Shown one piece after another: positions 39,997 to 49,689 of a DNA stretch of 64,000 nt. A model generated the notes under the pieces. The model worked only from the letters and a program-made list of their open reading frames with translations. It did not search any database and was not told where the DNA came from. The stretch comes from Deltaproteobacteria bacterium (lineage in GTDB: Bacteria > Myxococcota_A > Polyangia > Polyangiales > Houyiibacteriaceae), in NCBI GenBank assembly GCA_004283055.1, contig SHLP01000003.1:35282-99281 (forward strand). Reading direction: 5' to 3'. The position numbers and the translations under genes were made by a program. Position 1 is the first letter of the stretch. Every line of letters begins with the position of its first letter.

Positions 39997-40635
39997 CTAT
40001 TCGCCGCTTGCGAGGTACTTGTCAAGCTCGCGAAGGAAGGGCTGAATGGTCTCGGCGGGCCGAGCCGCGGCATAGACGGCACGCCGGATCGCGACACCGG
40101 TCGCGCCGGCCCGAAGCAACGGCCGAAGATCCTCTGGACGCACGCCCCCCAACGCATATGTCGGTAGCTCGACACCGGCGATCGCAGCCCGAAAACCGTG
40201 AAGCCCAAGGGGTGGACCCTTGCCCGGGACGCCGAATACCGGGCTCAAGAACGCATAGCTCGCAAGCGCGCGCTCAGCGGCCTCGAGCCCGCTGCGATCG
40301 TGGCGAGAGACGCCCAGCACACTGAAAGCAGACCAATGGCTTCGAATCTCCATGGGCGAAAGGCCAAGCTCGGGCAGGTGCACGCCGTCCGCGTGTACGA
40401 CGTCGGCGAGATCGGCCCGTCGGTTCACCGTCAGCGCGCTGCCGACGTCGCGCGTGATGGCGCGCAGCTCGTGTCCCCATTGCACGATCTGGCGATCAGA
40501 CGCCCTTTTCGCACGGAGCTGCACGCCAATCACCTCCGGTGGGCACCCTTCGAGGGCCTTTCGAACTGGAGCCACGGGGCCGTCCGCGTGATTCGGGTCT
40601 GTGATGATCCAGATCCGCGGAAGGCCGTTGTTCAT
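39997..40635 (-). CDS. Thiamine phosphate synthase family protein (ThiE/TenI-like)
   Basis: VQLRAK, ADGVHLP, GVSRH, FLSPVF, YALGGV; directly downstream of thiG. Confidence 0.82.
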   Translation of the reverse strand: MNNGLPRIWIITDPNHADGPVAPVRKALEGCPPEVIGVQLRAKRASDRQIVQWGHELRAITRDVGSALTVNRRADLADVVHADGVHLPELGLSPMEIRSHWSAFSVLGVSRHDRSGLEAAERALASYAFLSPVFGVPGKGPPLGLHGFRAAIAGVELPTYALGGVRPEDLRPLLRAGATGVAIRRAVYAAARPAETIQPFLRELDKYLASGE

Positions 40636-40645
40636 CGCGATCGGC

Positions 40646-41443
40646 TCAGGTTCGGCCGTCTTGATCGGAGCCGATGACGCCTTCGAGCGGGCTCGACGCC
40701 GTCGCGTAGAGCTTGCGTGGAATACGGCCTGCGAGGAACGCGTCCCGGCCGGCCTCGACGGCTGCTCTCATCGCTCGAGCCATTCGAACGGGGTCCTTGG
40801 CGCCGGCGATCGCCGTGTTCATCAGCACTCCGTCGATGCCGAGCTCCATCGCGATTGCAGCGTCCGACGCGGTGCCGACGCCGGCGTCGACAATGACGGG
40901 CACCGTCGCGTGCTTCACGATGATCTCGATGTTGAAAGGATTGCGAACGCCGAGCCCGCTGCCGATGGGCGCGGCCAACGGCATGACTGCAGCACAGCCC
41001 AGCTCCTGGAGGCGAAGCGCCGCGATCGGATCGTCATTGAAGTAGGGAAGAACGGTGAACCCGTCGTCTACCAAGGCCTTGGCGGCTTGCAGTGTTGCAG
41101 GCACATCGGGGAAGAGCGTCTTTTCGTCGCCGATGACCTCGAGCTTGATCAGCGGGGTGTCCAGAAGCTCCCTCGCCAGCCGAGCGGTTCGCACCGCGTC
41201 TTCCGCGGTGTAGCAACCCGCTGTGTTGGGCAAGAGCGTGTAGTTGCCCTCGCGCAGCACCGTCATGATCGAGTCCGCCCCGGTGGCTTTCAAATCCACC
41301 CTGCGCACGGCGACGGTCACGACTTCGCAGCCGGAGGCGTCCAATGCCCTTTTTGCGATATCGAGGCTCGGGTACTTCCCGGTACCCGTGAACAGGCGCG
41401 ATCGAAACTCGAACTGGCCGATCTTCAGAGTGTCTTCGGACAC
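40646..41443 (-). CDS. thiG: Thiazole synthase
   Basis: [46 protein letters not shown]. Confidence 0.97.
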   Translation of the reverse strand: MSEDTLKIGQFEFRSRLFTGTGKYPSLDIAKRALDASGCEVVTVAVRRVDLKATGADSIMTVLREGNYTLLPNTAGCYTAEDAVRTARLARELLDTPLIKLEVIGDEKTLFPDVPATLQAAKALVDDGFTVLPYFNDDPIAALRLQELGCAAVMPLAAPIGSGLGVRNPFNIEIIVKHATVPVIVDAGVGTASDAAIAMELGIDGVLMNTAIAGAKDPVRMARAMRAAVEAGRDAFLAGRIPRKLYATASSPLEGVIGSDQDGRT

Positions 41444-41644
41444 CTAGCCGCCTCCTACGAACTGGACCACCTCGACCCGGTCACCGTCGCTGAGGCGGGT
41501 GCTCTCATGGAGGGCGCGCGGCACGACTTCTTCGTTACGCTCGACGGCGACCAAGGTGTCCTCGAGCCCGAGGGAGGAAAGCAGCTGCTTCACCGTGGTG
41601 GTCGGCTCGACCTGCCGTTGTTCACCGTTGACCATGAGACGCAT
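41444..41644 (-). CDS. thiS: Sulfur carrier protein ThiS
   Basis: 66 aa: VNGE...[12 protein letters not shown]...VQFVGGG with C-terminal Gly-Gly. Confidence 0.94.
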   Translation of the reverse strand: MRLMVNGEQRQVEPTTTVKQLLSSLGLEDTLVAVERNEEVVPRALHESTRLSDGDRVEVVQFVGGG

Positions 41645-41730
41645 CGGACCGAAGACTAGGGCGGGTGCAGAGGCGCTGCAAGCGGGTTCGAAGATGGGCG
41701 CGCTCCTCCTCCGATGATAGGCTCGGGCGC

Positions 41731-42600
41731 GTGAAGCGCATTCTTCAAGGCGATAATTTGCAGGTCCTCCGGACGCTCCCTCCAGAGCACGCGCGCTTGA
41801 TCTACATCGATCCACCCTTCAACACCGGGCGGACCCAATCGCGCAATCGGATGCAGGTGCGCGCGGCAGCCCACGGCGAGCGCAAGGGCTTTGGAGACCG
41901 CCGCTACGAAATCGAGCAGATCGATAGCCCGCGCTACGAAGACGACTACGAGGAGTACCTTCCGTTTCTCATGAGCCGCATCGAAGCTGCGCTGCCCTGT
42001 CTCACGAGGGATGGTTCGCTCTTCGTCCACCTCGACTACCGCGAAGTGCACTATGTCAAAGTCGCGCTCGACGGCCTGCTCGGCCGTGATCATTTCCTCA
42101 ACGAAATTATTTGGGCGTACGACTTTGGTGGGCGGCCGAAGCGCTGGTGGCCCGCAAAGCACGACACGCTTCTGTGGTACGTACTCGACCCCAAGCAGTA
42201 CGTCTTCCAGTTCGACGAAATGGACCGAATTCCTTACATGGCCCCAGGGCTGGTGGGCAAAGAGAAGGCCGCGAGGGGCAAGACGCCCACCGACGTCTGG
42301 TGGCACACGATCGTTCCAACCAATGGAAAAGAGAAAACGGGCTACCCGACCCAGAAGCCGCTGGGTGTGTTGGACCGCATCATCAGGGTCCATAGCGAGC
42401 CCGGCGACACCGTGCTGGATTTCTTCGCCGGAAGCGGCACCACGGGTGAATCTGCAGCACGCCTAGGAAGAGGCTTCGTGCTCATCGACGAAAGCCAGGA
42501 GGCGGTGGAGATCATGCGCAGGCGCCTTGCTCGATGGGAGCCGGAGGTCGAGATCCACGACGCTGTTCAGCGCGGCACCAGCTCGACCTCGAAGAGTTGA
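41731..42600 (+). CDS. Site-specific DNA methyltransferase (N6A/N4C, beta class), orphan
   Basis: LIYIDPPF (motif IV) precedes YPTQKP and [11 protein letters not shown] (motif I); no nuclease adjacent. Confidence 0.9.
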   Translation: MKRILQGDNLQVLRTLPPEHARLIYIDPPFNTGRTQSRNRMQVRAAAHGERKGFGDRRYEIEQIDSPRYEDDYEEYLPFLMSRIEAALPCLTRDGSLFVHLDYREVHYVKVALDGLLGRDHFLNEIIWAYDFGGRPKRWWPAKHDTLLWYVLDPKQYVFQFDEMDRIPYMAPGLVGKEKAARGKTPTDVWWHTIVPTNGKEKTGYPTQKPLGVLDRIIRVHSEPGDTVLDFFAGSGTTGESAARLGRGFVLIDESQEAVEIMRRRLARWEPEVEIHDAVQRGTSSTSKS

Positions 42601-43424
42601 GGCCAGAGCTTTCCAGTCAGCAGGAATGTCTTCGAGTCGGGTCTGTAGGCGATTCCGTTGAGCACATCGGCTCGTAGCGATTCAAACCGGGTCAAAAGGG
42701 CGCTCGCATCGACGATGGCGGTAACACGACCGGTCTTGGAATCGATCCGTAGAATCTCGTCGCTCTGCCAGACGTTTGCGTAAATCTCGGAGCCCACGCA
42801 TTCGAGCTCGTTGAGTCGCGGAACCGGGCGTCCCTCTCTCACGACGCGAACCTCGCGCAGGACATCCATGGAGAGGGGATCCCGAAATTCGAGTACCGAA
42901 GATCCGTCGCTCATCACCAGCGCCGTCCCGTCGAAACACAAACCCCATCCTTCACCTCGGTAGCGGACGGTCGAGCGCTGCTCCAGCGTCGCCAAATCGG
43001 AGATCAGAGCAAGCCCGGATCTCCACGTGAGCTGAATCAAGTGCTCGCCGACCCGAGCCAGCCCTTCGCCAAAGAGCTCGGATTCGAGCTCACGCTCTGC
43101 GAGCACCTTTCCGTCTTCGAGCCGAACCCTGCGCAGCGATGACTTGCCATACTGGCCGGTGCTCTCGTACATGACTCCGTCATGCCAAATGAGGCCCTGT
43201 GTAAACGCGTCTTTGTCGTGAGGATACTGACGAACGACGCGCACACGAAGCGCCTCGGGCGCTGGCACCTCGACCTGGTGCGGGGCGTCGCTGGGCGTCA
43301 CGTGGACCGGCGAGACGGTCTCTTCGGCGGGCTTTCCACAGCCGGGAGCCAACGCTATCGCGATCGCTGCGAGGCCGCTCGCGAGCAACTCACATTCCAA
43401 AGCGCGTCCGCGAGCCGTTGCCAT
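42567..43424 (-). CDS. Glutaminyl-peptide cyclotransferase (type I QC), predicted lipoprotein
   Basis: FTQGL, ESTGQYG, FGEG, EGWG, SDGS, LNELE, ANVW, VLNGIA, TGKLWP; lipobox LAPGC. Confidence 0.92.
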   Translation of the reverse strand: MATARGRALECELLASGLAAIAIALAPGCGKPAEETVSPVHVTPSDAPHQVEVPAPEALRVRVVRQYPHDKDAFTQGLIWHDGVMYESTGQYGKSSLRRVRLEDGKVLAERELESELFGEGLARVGEHLIQLTWRSGLALISDLATLEQRSTVRYRGEGWGLCFDGTALVMSDGSSVLEFRDPLSMDVLREVRVVREGRPVPRLNELECVGSEIYANVWQSDEILRIDSKTGRVTAIVDASALLTRFESLRADVLNGIAYRPDSKTFLLTGKLWPQLFEVELVPR

Positions 43425-43500
43425 CCGGACGGAAGCCTAGCCTTCGAGCGTTCGGACGCCAATGCTTGACGCCGGCGGTGCCAACCGTTAGCCCCAAGCG

Positions 43501-44655
43501 GTGCAACCGGACTCCTCGAAGCCATCGAGACCGCGCGTTCAGCATGCCGAGGTATCCTTGCGACCGACGCGTGCCGAGATCTTGCTCGACGCCATCGCGC
43601 ACAACCTCAGCGTCGTGAAGAATGCGGCGGCGGGGCGGAAGATTCTCGCGGTCGTCAAGGCGGATGCTTACGGTCACGGCGTGGTCCCCGTCGCCCGGCG
43701 GCTTCAGGCCGAAGGCGTAGACGGCTTCGGTGTTGCCCTGGCGGAAGAGGGAATCGAGCTTCGAGAAGCCGGCATCGACCGGACCATTTTGGTTCTCAAC
43801 GGCATCAACGGCGGCGCCCACAGAGAGATCATCGCGGCCGGACTCACCCCCGTGCTCTACGAGGTCTCCGAAGCGAGCGCGTTCGAACGCGTATCCGGAG
43901 GCCGTCCGATCGACATTCACCTCAAAGTCGACACCGGGATGGGCCGTCTCGGCGTGCCCCTCGCAGAGCTCAGCGCCTTCCTTCGCGATCTTCGTCGCTT
44001 CCCTTCTATTCGGATCGCGGGCTTGATGACTCATCTATCGACCGCCGACGCCGACCGTCCATACGTCGCCGAGCAGCTCGCGGGTTTCGCGCAGGCCCGC
44101 GGTCTCGTTCGTCGCTTCGGACACGAACCGTCGGTCCTGCACGTCGCCAACAGCGCGGCCCTGTTTCGGCACCCCGAGTCCCATTTCGACTGGGTGCGCG
44201 TTGGCCTCGCGCTCTATGGTTATCCCGGCTCGGACACCGTTGATCCGCCCCTTCGCCCTGCGCTTCGTTGGCGCACCGAGGTGCTGCGCCTACGAATCCT
44301 GCAAGCGGGCGAATCGGTCGGCTACGGACGCTCGTTTCGTGCACGCAAAGAGACACGCCTCGCCACGATTCCCGTGGGCTACGGCGACGGCCTGCTGCGA
44401 TCGGCGTCGAATCGCGGACAGGTCTTGATCGCGGGTGCTCGCTGCCCGATCGTCGGCAACGTCGCGATGGACTTGACCACCGTCGATGTTTCCGGCGTTG
44501 CAGATGTCGCCATCGGCGACGAGGTGCTTCTCCTCGGCGAGCAGGGCGGCGCCGCGCTAGATGCGCGGGACCTGGCCACCGCTGCCGGAACGATTCCGTA
44601 TGAGGTGCTGACCAATGTCTCGCGGCGCGTCCCGCGTGTCTACCTCAATGGCTGA
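43501..44655 (+). CDS. alr: Alanine racemase
   Basis: VVKADAYGHG, HLKVDTGMGRLG, VGYG, GYGDG, TIPYE. Confidence 0.96.
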   Translation: MQPDSSKPSRPRVQHAEVSLRPTRAEILLDAIAHNLSVVKNAAAGRKILAVVKADAYGHGVVPVARRLQAEGVDGFGVALAEEGIELREAGIDRTILVLNGINGGAHREIIAAGLTPVLYEVSEASAFERVSGGRPIDIHLKVDTGMGRLGVPLAELSAFLRDLRRFPSIRIAGLMTHLSTADADRPYVAEQLAGFAQARGLVRRFGHEPSVLHVANSAALFRHPESHFDWVRVGLALYGYPGSDTVDPPLRPALRWRTEVLRLRILQAGESVGYGRSFRARKETRLATIPVGYGDGLLRSASNRGQVLIAGARCPIVGNVAMDLTTVDVSGVADVAIGDEVLLLGEQGGAALDARDLATAAGTIPYEVLTNVSRRVPRVYLNG

Positions 44656-44672
44656 CTTTTCGCCGAGGAACC

Positions 44673-45536
44673 ATGCTATGGAGTCTCGTGCCTGACGCCG
44701 CGCCCAGCGCACCCGCGAACCCGGACGAGCACTCGAAGCTTCGCGCAGCCTTTCGTGACGCCGGCAACTGGCTCCTTCGACTGCTCCTGTCCCCGTTCGT
44801 CGAGGTCGGCGCGCTCTCAAAGCTGCTTTGGGAATCGGCGTTCTGGGGGATCCGTCCGCCATACCGCGGTCGGCTTTTCGTCGAGGCGATGGAGTTCATC
44901 GGCATCGGCTCGATCTTTCTCGTTTCGCTGACCGCGGTCTTCGTTGGGGGCGTGCTCGCCTTGCAGCTCGTCGATGGTTTTCGGGACTTTGGCGCCGAGA
45001 ATCAGACCGGCGCCGTGATTGGCTTGGCCCTGGCCCGGGAGGTTGGGCCGGTATTCGCTGCGCTGATGGTCACGAGCCGAGCGGGGAGCGCGATGACGAC
45101 CGAGCTCGGCTCCATGCGCGTCACCAACCAAATCGACGCTCTGGTCACCATGGCGGTCAACCCCGTGCAGTATCTGGTCGTGCCGCGGCTCGTCGCTGGC
45201 TTCGTCATGGTTCCGGTCCTGACGATGCTGTTCAACATCGTCGGAGTGATGGGCGCCTTCTTCGTCGCCGTCGGGCTCCTAGGGCTCGACCCCGGCGTGT
45301 TCATGGACCGGCTCAAATGGCTGGTGGACTGGGACGACGTCTCTCAGGGGCTCATCAAGGCGATGGTCTTCGGTGTGGCGGTGACGCTGATCGCGTGTCG
45401 ACAGGGCTTCTATGCGAAGGGCGGAGCGGCAGGAGTGGGGCGAGCCACCAACCGCGCCGTCGTGCAAAGCGCCATCGCAATCCTCGTGCTCGACTATCTG
45501 GTCACGGGCCTCGTCCTCGGACAAGGGCTGCTCTAA
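44673..45536 (+). CDS. mlaE: MlaE family ABC permease
   Basis: REVGPVFAALMVTSRAGS, ELGSMRVTNQIDAL, GVGRATNRAVV. Confidence 0.92.
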   Translation: MLWSLVPDAAPSAPANPDEHSKLRAAFRDAGNWLLRLLLSPFVEVGALSKLLWESAFWGIRPPYRGRLFVEAMEFIGIGSIFLVSLTAVFVGGVLALQLVDGFRDFGAENQTGAVIGLALAREVGPVFAALMVTSRAGSAMTTELGSMRVTNQIDALVTMAVNPVQYLVVPRLVAGFVMVPVLTMLFNIVGVMGAFFVAVGLLGLDPGVFMDRLKWLVDWDDVSQGLIKAMVFGVAVTLIACRQGFYAKGGAAGVGRATNRAVVQSAIAILVLDYLVTGLVLGQGLL

Positions 45537-46348
45537 TGAAGTTGTTCCGACGGAACCTCCTGCGCTTGACGCGGGCTTCGCTGCCTCCGGGGGTGAAGGA
45601 CGATCCGATCCATGTGAGGATTCGTGATCTACACAAGAGCTACGGCGAGCACGAGGTGCTCAAGGGCGTGTCGCTGGACATCCATCGGGGACAAACGAAT
45701 CTGATCATCGGGCCCTCCGGGTCCGGCAAGACCGTCCTGATGCGGCAGTTGATTCGGCTCGAAAACCCGGACTCCGGGCAACTCATCGTCAACGGCATCG
45801 ATTTCGCACGGCTCGAAGGCCTCAACCTGGCCGCGATGCGACGCACTTTCGGGATGGTGTTTCAAATGTCTGCGCTCTTCGACTCCATGACGGTGTTCGA
45901 CAACGTCGCGTTTCCACTCCGCGAGCACACCGACCTGTCGCGTACTGAGATACGCGATCGGGTGATGGATCGATTGACGGGGCTCGGCGTTGCTGCTGCA
46001 GCCCAGAAGCTTCCCGCCCAGCTCTCCGGGGGGATGCAGAAGCGTGTCGCCGTCGCGCGCGCAATGATCCTCGAGAGCGAGATTCTAATCTACGACGAAC
46101 CCACCACTGGCTTGGATCCGATCACGACCGAAATGGTGGACGAGTTGATCACTGAAGCCGAAGAGATGTTCGGCGTGACCTCGGTCGTGATCAGCCACGA
46201 CATGGCCTCGGTCGTGCGTATCGCCAACCAGCTCAGCTTCCTGCACGAGGGGCGGATCGCAGCGACCGGGACGCCGGAGGAGCTCCTGCACACCGATCAT
46301 CCAGCCACGGCCGAGTTCATCCGGGCATCGCGAATCAGCACGACCTGA
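45536..46348 (+). CDS. mlaF: MlaF family ABC ATP-binding protein
   Basis: GPSGSGKT, FQMSALFDSMTVFDNVAFPL, LSGGMQKRV, YDEPTTGLDP; ATG overlaps the mlaE stop. Confidence 0.92.
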   Translation: MKLFRRNLLRLTRASLPPGVKDDPIHVRIRDLHKSYGEHEVLKGVSLDIHRGQTNLIIGPSGSGKTVLMRQLIRLENPDSGQLIVNGIDFARLEGLNLAAMRRTFGMVFQMSALFDSMTVFDNVAFPLREHTDLSRTEIRDRVMDRLTGLGVAAAAQKLPAQLSGGMQKRVAVARAMILESEILIYDEPTTGLDPITTEMVDELITEAEEMFGVTSVVISHDMASVVRIANQLSFLHEGRIAATGTPEELLHTDHPATAEFIRASRISTT

Positions 46349-46419
46349 AGAAGAAGAAAACGAGGGGAGCTTTGCCGCTTCGGGCTTGCGAAACCCGCCG
46401 CCGGACCCAGAGTGCCGCG

Positions 46420-46638
46420 GTGCCGCCCACGCTTTCGCCGCAGGTCCTCCAAGCCCACGATGAAGCCGAGCTTCGAGGTGATCGAGGTTATCTCGATCCC
46501 GAAACCGGTCTCTTCGTCTTGACGGCGACCGCGCTGCGAAGGCAGGGCGCCTGCTGCGGCTCAGGCTGCCGTCACTGTCCGTACTCGGCTGAAGAGCAGC
46601 GGGCCGCGGGGCGACCTACGATCGGGCGATCGGGGTGA
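46420..46638 (+). CDS. DUF5522 family small Cys-rich protein
   Basis: GYLDPETGLFVLT...CCGSGCRHCPY motif. Confidence 0.8.
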   Translation: MPPTLSPQVLQAHDEAELRGDRGYLDPETGLFVLTATALRRQGACCGSGCRHCPYSAEEQRAAGRPTIGRSG

Positions 46639-46656
46639 ATCGGCCGGCGAGGGAGG

Positions 46657-47523
46657 TCATACGTAGTTCCGTACCACCACTTCCCTCACCTTTCCGCGTT
46701 TGGTCGCATCGCAGTTGATCGCGCGAGGTGCGGCAACCGTGTCGACTTTGAACTTGCCGTAGAGATCTCGAATGAAGGGGACGTCGCTATTGGAGAGCAT
46801 GAGCTTGCATCCACGCCGATCCAGGGCCCTGTATACGTCGCGCAGCCGCGTCTGATCATCTTGTGAAAAGCCGTCTTGGGCATACGACGTGAAGTTGGCG
46901 GTGACGGAAACCGGGGCGTAGGGCGGGTCGAAGTAGATGAAATCGCCCGGCTTTGCACTCTCGAGCAGCGCGTCGAAGGACGTGCAACGAAGATCTGCAC
47001 CTTGGAGCGCCTTGCTCGCCGACTGCAACGCAGCCTCGTTCAAGATTCGCGGGCTCTTGTATGAGCCTGCCGGTACGTTGAACTCGCCTTTGCGATTGAC
47101 TCGATGCAAGCCGTTGAAGCAAGTCTTGTTGAGATAGATGAACATGGCTGCCCGCTTGGATGTACCGATTCGACGTTCTTGGTTGTAGCGCGCGCGCACC
47201 TCGTAGTACCGCTCTTTGGAGTGCTGATTTGCAAGCCTTCGTAGCCCGCCGATTACGCTTTTGACGTCGTCGCGAATTGCCGTGTAGGTCGAGATCAGAG
47301 TGGGGTTGATGTCGGTGAGCAGGGCGCGCCTTGGTACACGAGAGAAGAACAGCGCGCCGCCACCAACGAAGGGCTCGACGTGGCGCATCTGCTCGACCCC
47401 CGGTGGAAGCAGCGGTCGCAGCTGACTGAGCAATCGGCCCTTGCCCCCAACCCACTTCACGAAGGGAGCTGCCTCCCGTGGCTCGTGCTCTACCCGCGCC
47501 GCGACCGCCGCCGATGTCGTCAT
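46657..47523 (-). CDS. dam: Dam-family (D12 class, alpha) DNA adenine methyltransferase, orphan
   Basis: KWVGGK, EPFVGGGA, YLNKTCFNGL.RVN..GEFNVP, YFDPPY, MLSNS. Confidence 0.9.
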   Translation of the reverse strand: MTTSAAVAARVEHEPREAAPFVKWVGGKGRLLSQLRPLLPPGVEQMRHVEPFVGGGALFFSRVPRRALLTDINPTLISTYTAIRDDVKSVIGGLRRLANQHSKERYYEVRARYNQERRIGTSKRAAMFIYLNKTCFNGLHRVNRKGEFNVPAGSYKSPRILNEAALQSASKALQGADLRCTSFDALLESAKPGDFIYFDPPYAPVSVTANFTSYAQDGFSQDDQTRLRDVYRALDRRGCKLMLSNSDVPFIRDLYGKFKVDTVAAPRAINCDATKRGKVREVVVRNYV

Positions 47524-47615
47524 ATGTAGTATGATTGCCTACACACGCTGAATCAGTGAAGAAAGCGACGCTTTCCGGCCGAAGAAGCCTGTAATTTCGG
47601 TTTTTCTCGCCGGCT

Positions 47616-48893
47616 TCAGCCGGCGCTGGCGACCATCTCGCGAAGCCGCTCGAGCGCTTCCTCGAGGACAGGCATCGGCGGCCCGAAGGAGAAACGCGTG
47701 TGCCGAACGAAACGCGAGGGCCGTCCGCTCCGGCGCTTGCCCGGATTCACGTCGAAGAAGTGCCCGGGCACGGTGATGACCTGTCGCTCGAGTGCGGCTG
47801 TGAAGAAATCGTCGCTGTTTCGAATCGATGGCGGCAGGGCGCTCAGATCTCCCCAGGCGTAGAAAGTCCCCTGCGGCTCGAGGTCGAACTCGACACCGAT
47901 GTCCTTGAGCCCCTGCACCAGGAAGTCGCGCTTCTTCTGAAATTCGCGGTGGACCGCCTTGGTTTCGGCGAGGGTCGGCTCCTGCTGGACCAGGTCGATT
48001 GCGGCGCGCTGCATCGGAGCGACGCCACCGCCATCGAGGAACGAGCCAGCGCTCGCGGCAGACTCGATGACGCGCTTCGGGCCGACGATCCAGCTCACCC
48101 GAAAGCCTGGGTATCGCCAGTTCTTGGTGAGTCCGTCGAATAGGACGACCGGATCCTCATCGACGTCCTCGACATACTGCGCCGCGCTGACGATCGACTG
48201 CGCTCCAGTCCAAACGTAGTGTGAATAGAACTCGTCGAGCAGCAGCGCGCAGTTCAAGTCCCGCGCCGTCTCGACCCAGCTCGCCATCGCATCGCCTTCG
48301 ACGACCTTGCCCGTCGGGTTGCACGGGTTGCTCGCCAGGATTGCACTGAGCCCGCGGCCCAAGATCTCCTGCTCGAGCTCGTTACGTGTGAACTCGTATC
48401 CTTGTTTCGGGTCCAGCAGGATCGGGATCGGCAAGAATCGCCGAAACACGTCGAGCAGCTCTTCGTAGGCGGTGTAATCCGGAAGAAAATGCCCGAGGTG
48501 GATGGGTGCGATAGCCGCGCACGCGCGCATGACCGCGACTCGACCGCCGCCCGCAATACATACGTTTTCGGCCGAGTACTGGGACTTCATGCCTCGTCGG
48601 AACATCTGGTTGTAGAGGCCCGCCACGGCTTCACGGAGCTCCCAGAGCCCCGGAACCGGCGCGTAGTCGAGGTCCGCCGGACGTACCGTGATCTGCGTCA
48701 CCCGCTCTGGGGCCCCCGGAACCGCCCCGGTATCCGGCTGACCCTGGCCGAGGTTGCACCAGCCGGGCGCGTCGAGGCTGAATCCTCGTTTCTGGGCCTC
48801 GACCGTGACGTAGATCACGCCCGTACGAGGGACCGGTCTAAAGGCGGCGGCCTCTGCGATTCCGCTCCTCGGTTTCAGCTCGGGCTCGCTCAT
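47616..48893 (-). CDS. PLP-dependent aminotransferase class I/II
   Basis: NLGQGQP, SNPCNPTG, LDEFY, TKNWRYPGFR (PLP lysine). Confidence 0.9.
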   Translation of the reverse strand: MSEPELKPRSGIAEAAAFRPVPRTGVIYVTVEAQKRGFSLDAPGWCNLGQGQPDTGAVPGAPERVTQITVRPADLDYAPVPGLWELREAVAGLYNQMFRRGMKSQYSAENVCIAGGGRVAVMRACAAIAPIHLGHFLPDYTAYEELLDVFRRFLPIPILLDPKQGYEFTRNELEQEILGRGLSAILASNPCNPTGKVVEGDAMASWVETARDLNCALLLDEFYSHYVWTGAQSIVSAAQYVEDVDEDPVVLFDGLTKNWRYPGFRVSWIVGPKRVIESAASAGSFLDGGGVAPMQRAAIDLVQQEPTLAETKAVHREFQKKRDFLVQGLKDIGVEFDLEPQGTFYAWGDLSALPPSIRNSDDFFTAALERQVITVPGHFFDVNPGKRRSGRPSRFVRHTRFSFGPPMPVLEEALERLREMVASAG

Positions 48894-48941
48894 GAGCTGG
48901 GCGACTCTAGCAGAAGTCTCGAAATGCGATAGCCTTGCCGC

Positions 48942-49688
48942 ATGGATGTCTTGCGCATCGAAGAGCTCATGGTCGACTGCGTGGTCGGGGTGTACCCACA
49001 CGAGCGCAACGCCTCGCAGCCGCTGCGCGTCGACGTCGAGATGCGCCTGCACACCGAGGCCTCTGCGGTCAAGGAAAGCCTCCGCGCGACGATCGACTAT
49101 GCGGCCACCGCGTCACAGCTGGTGTTCCTGCTTCGAAGCTGCCGCTTCCGACTTCTGGAAACCGCCGCCCACGTTCTCGCGCGATACGTTCTCGCACCCC
49201 CGGCACCCGACGAGCGACGCGCGCAGGTGGAATCCGCCGTCATTCGATTGAGTAAGCCGGGGGCGCTGCGAAGCTTCGCGGTTCCCTCGCTCGAGATCGA
49301 ACGCAGCGCTTCCTGGTGCTCGTTCGAGGTCGAGCACAAGCCCTTCGGTACGGTCGACATCATCTACGAAACCAAGGGCGCCGGTATTTATCGTCTGAAC
49401 GTCGCTCCTGGACAGGGCATTCCGCTACACGTCCATCAGCAGATGCGCGAGTCCGAGATGGTGCTCGGCGACGGGCTGCTATGCCAAGGAGAGCGGTGCG
49501 CGCCGGGGACGGTGCATCGCTGGCCGAGAGGCGCAGCGCACAGCTACACCAACCCGAGCGATCGCCACCAGACCATCCTCTGCGTGGATTCGCCACGCTT
49601 CATACCGGAGGACGAAATCGAAGTCGCCGGAGAGCCGGCCGACGTTCCTGCCGAGCCTCCATGGGGTCCCATCGCAGGGCTTGGCTGA
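48942..49688 (+). CDS. folB: Dihydroneopterin aldolase (FolB) fused to a C-terminal cupin domain
   Basis: VGVYPHER, TIDY, LLE, LSKP (FolB residues); cupin HVHxxxxE...PRGAAHSYTN. Confidence 0.85.
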   Translation: MDVLRIEELMVDCVVGVYPHERNASQPLRVDVEMRLHTEASAVKESLRATIDYAATASQLVFLLRSCRFRLLETAAHVLARYVLAPPAPDERRAQVESAVIRLSKPGALRSFAVPSLEIERSASWCSFEVEHKPFGTVDIIYETKGAGIYRLNVAPGQGIPLHVHQQMRESEMVLGDGLLCQGERCAPGTVHRWPRGAAHSYTNPSDRHQTILCVDSPRFIPEDEIEVAGEPADVPAEPPWGPIAGLG

Positions 49689-49689
49689 G

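Noticed and set aside
41645-41730. TPP riboswitch upstream of thiS-thiG-thiE
   Set aside because: Only an 86 nt divergent gap, with no CTGAGA core on the minus strand.
44828-45535. N-terminal extension of the 506 aa track ORF (and similar extensions at 8708, 39348, 49052, 60428, 61876)
   Set aside because: They overlap neighbouring real genes; downstream starts fit family lengths and coupling.
41731-47523. Restriction-modification or defence island
   Set aside because: The intervening genes are housekeeping (QC, alr, mlaEF), with no nuclease, integrase or island boundary.
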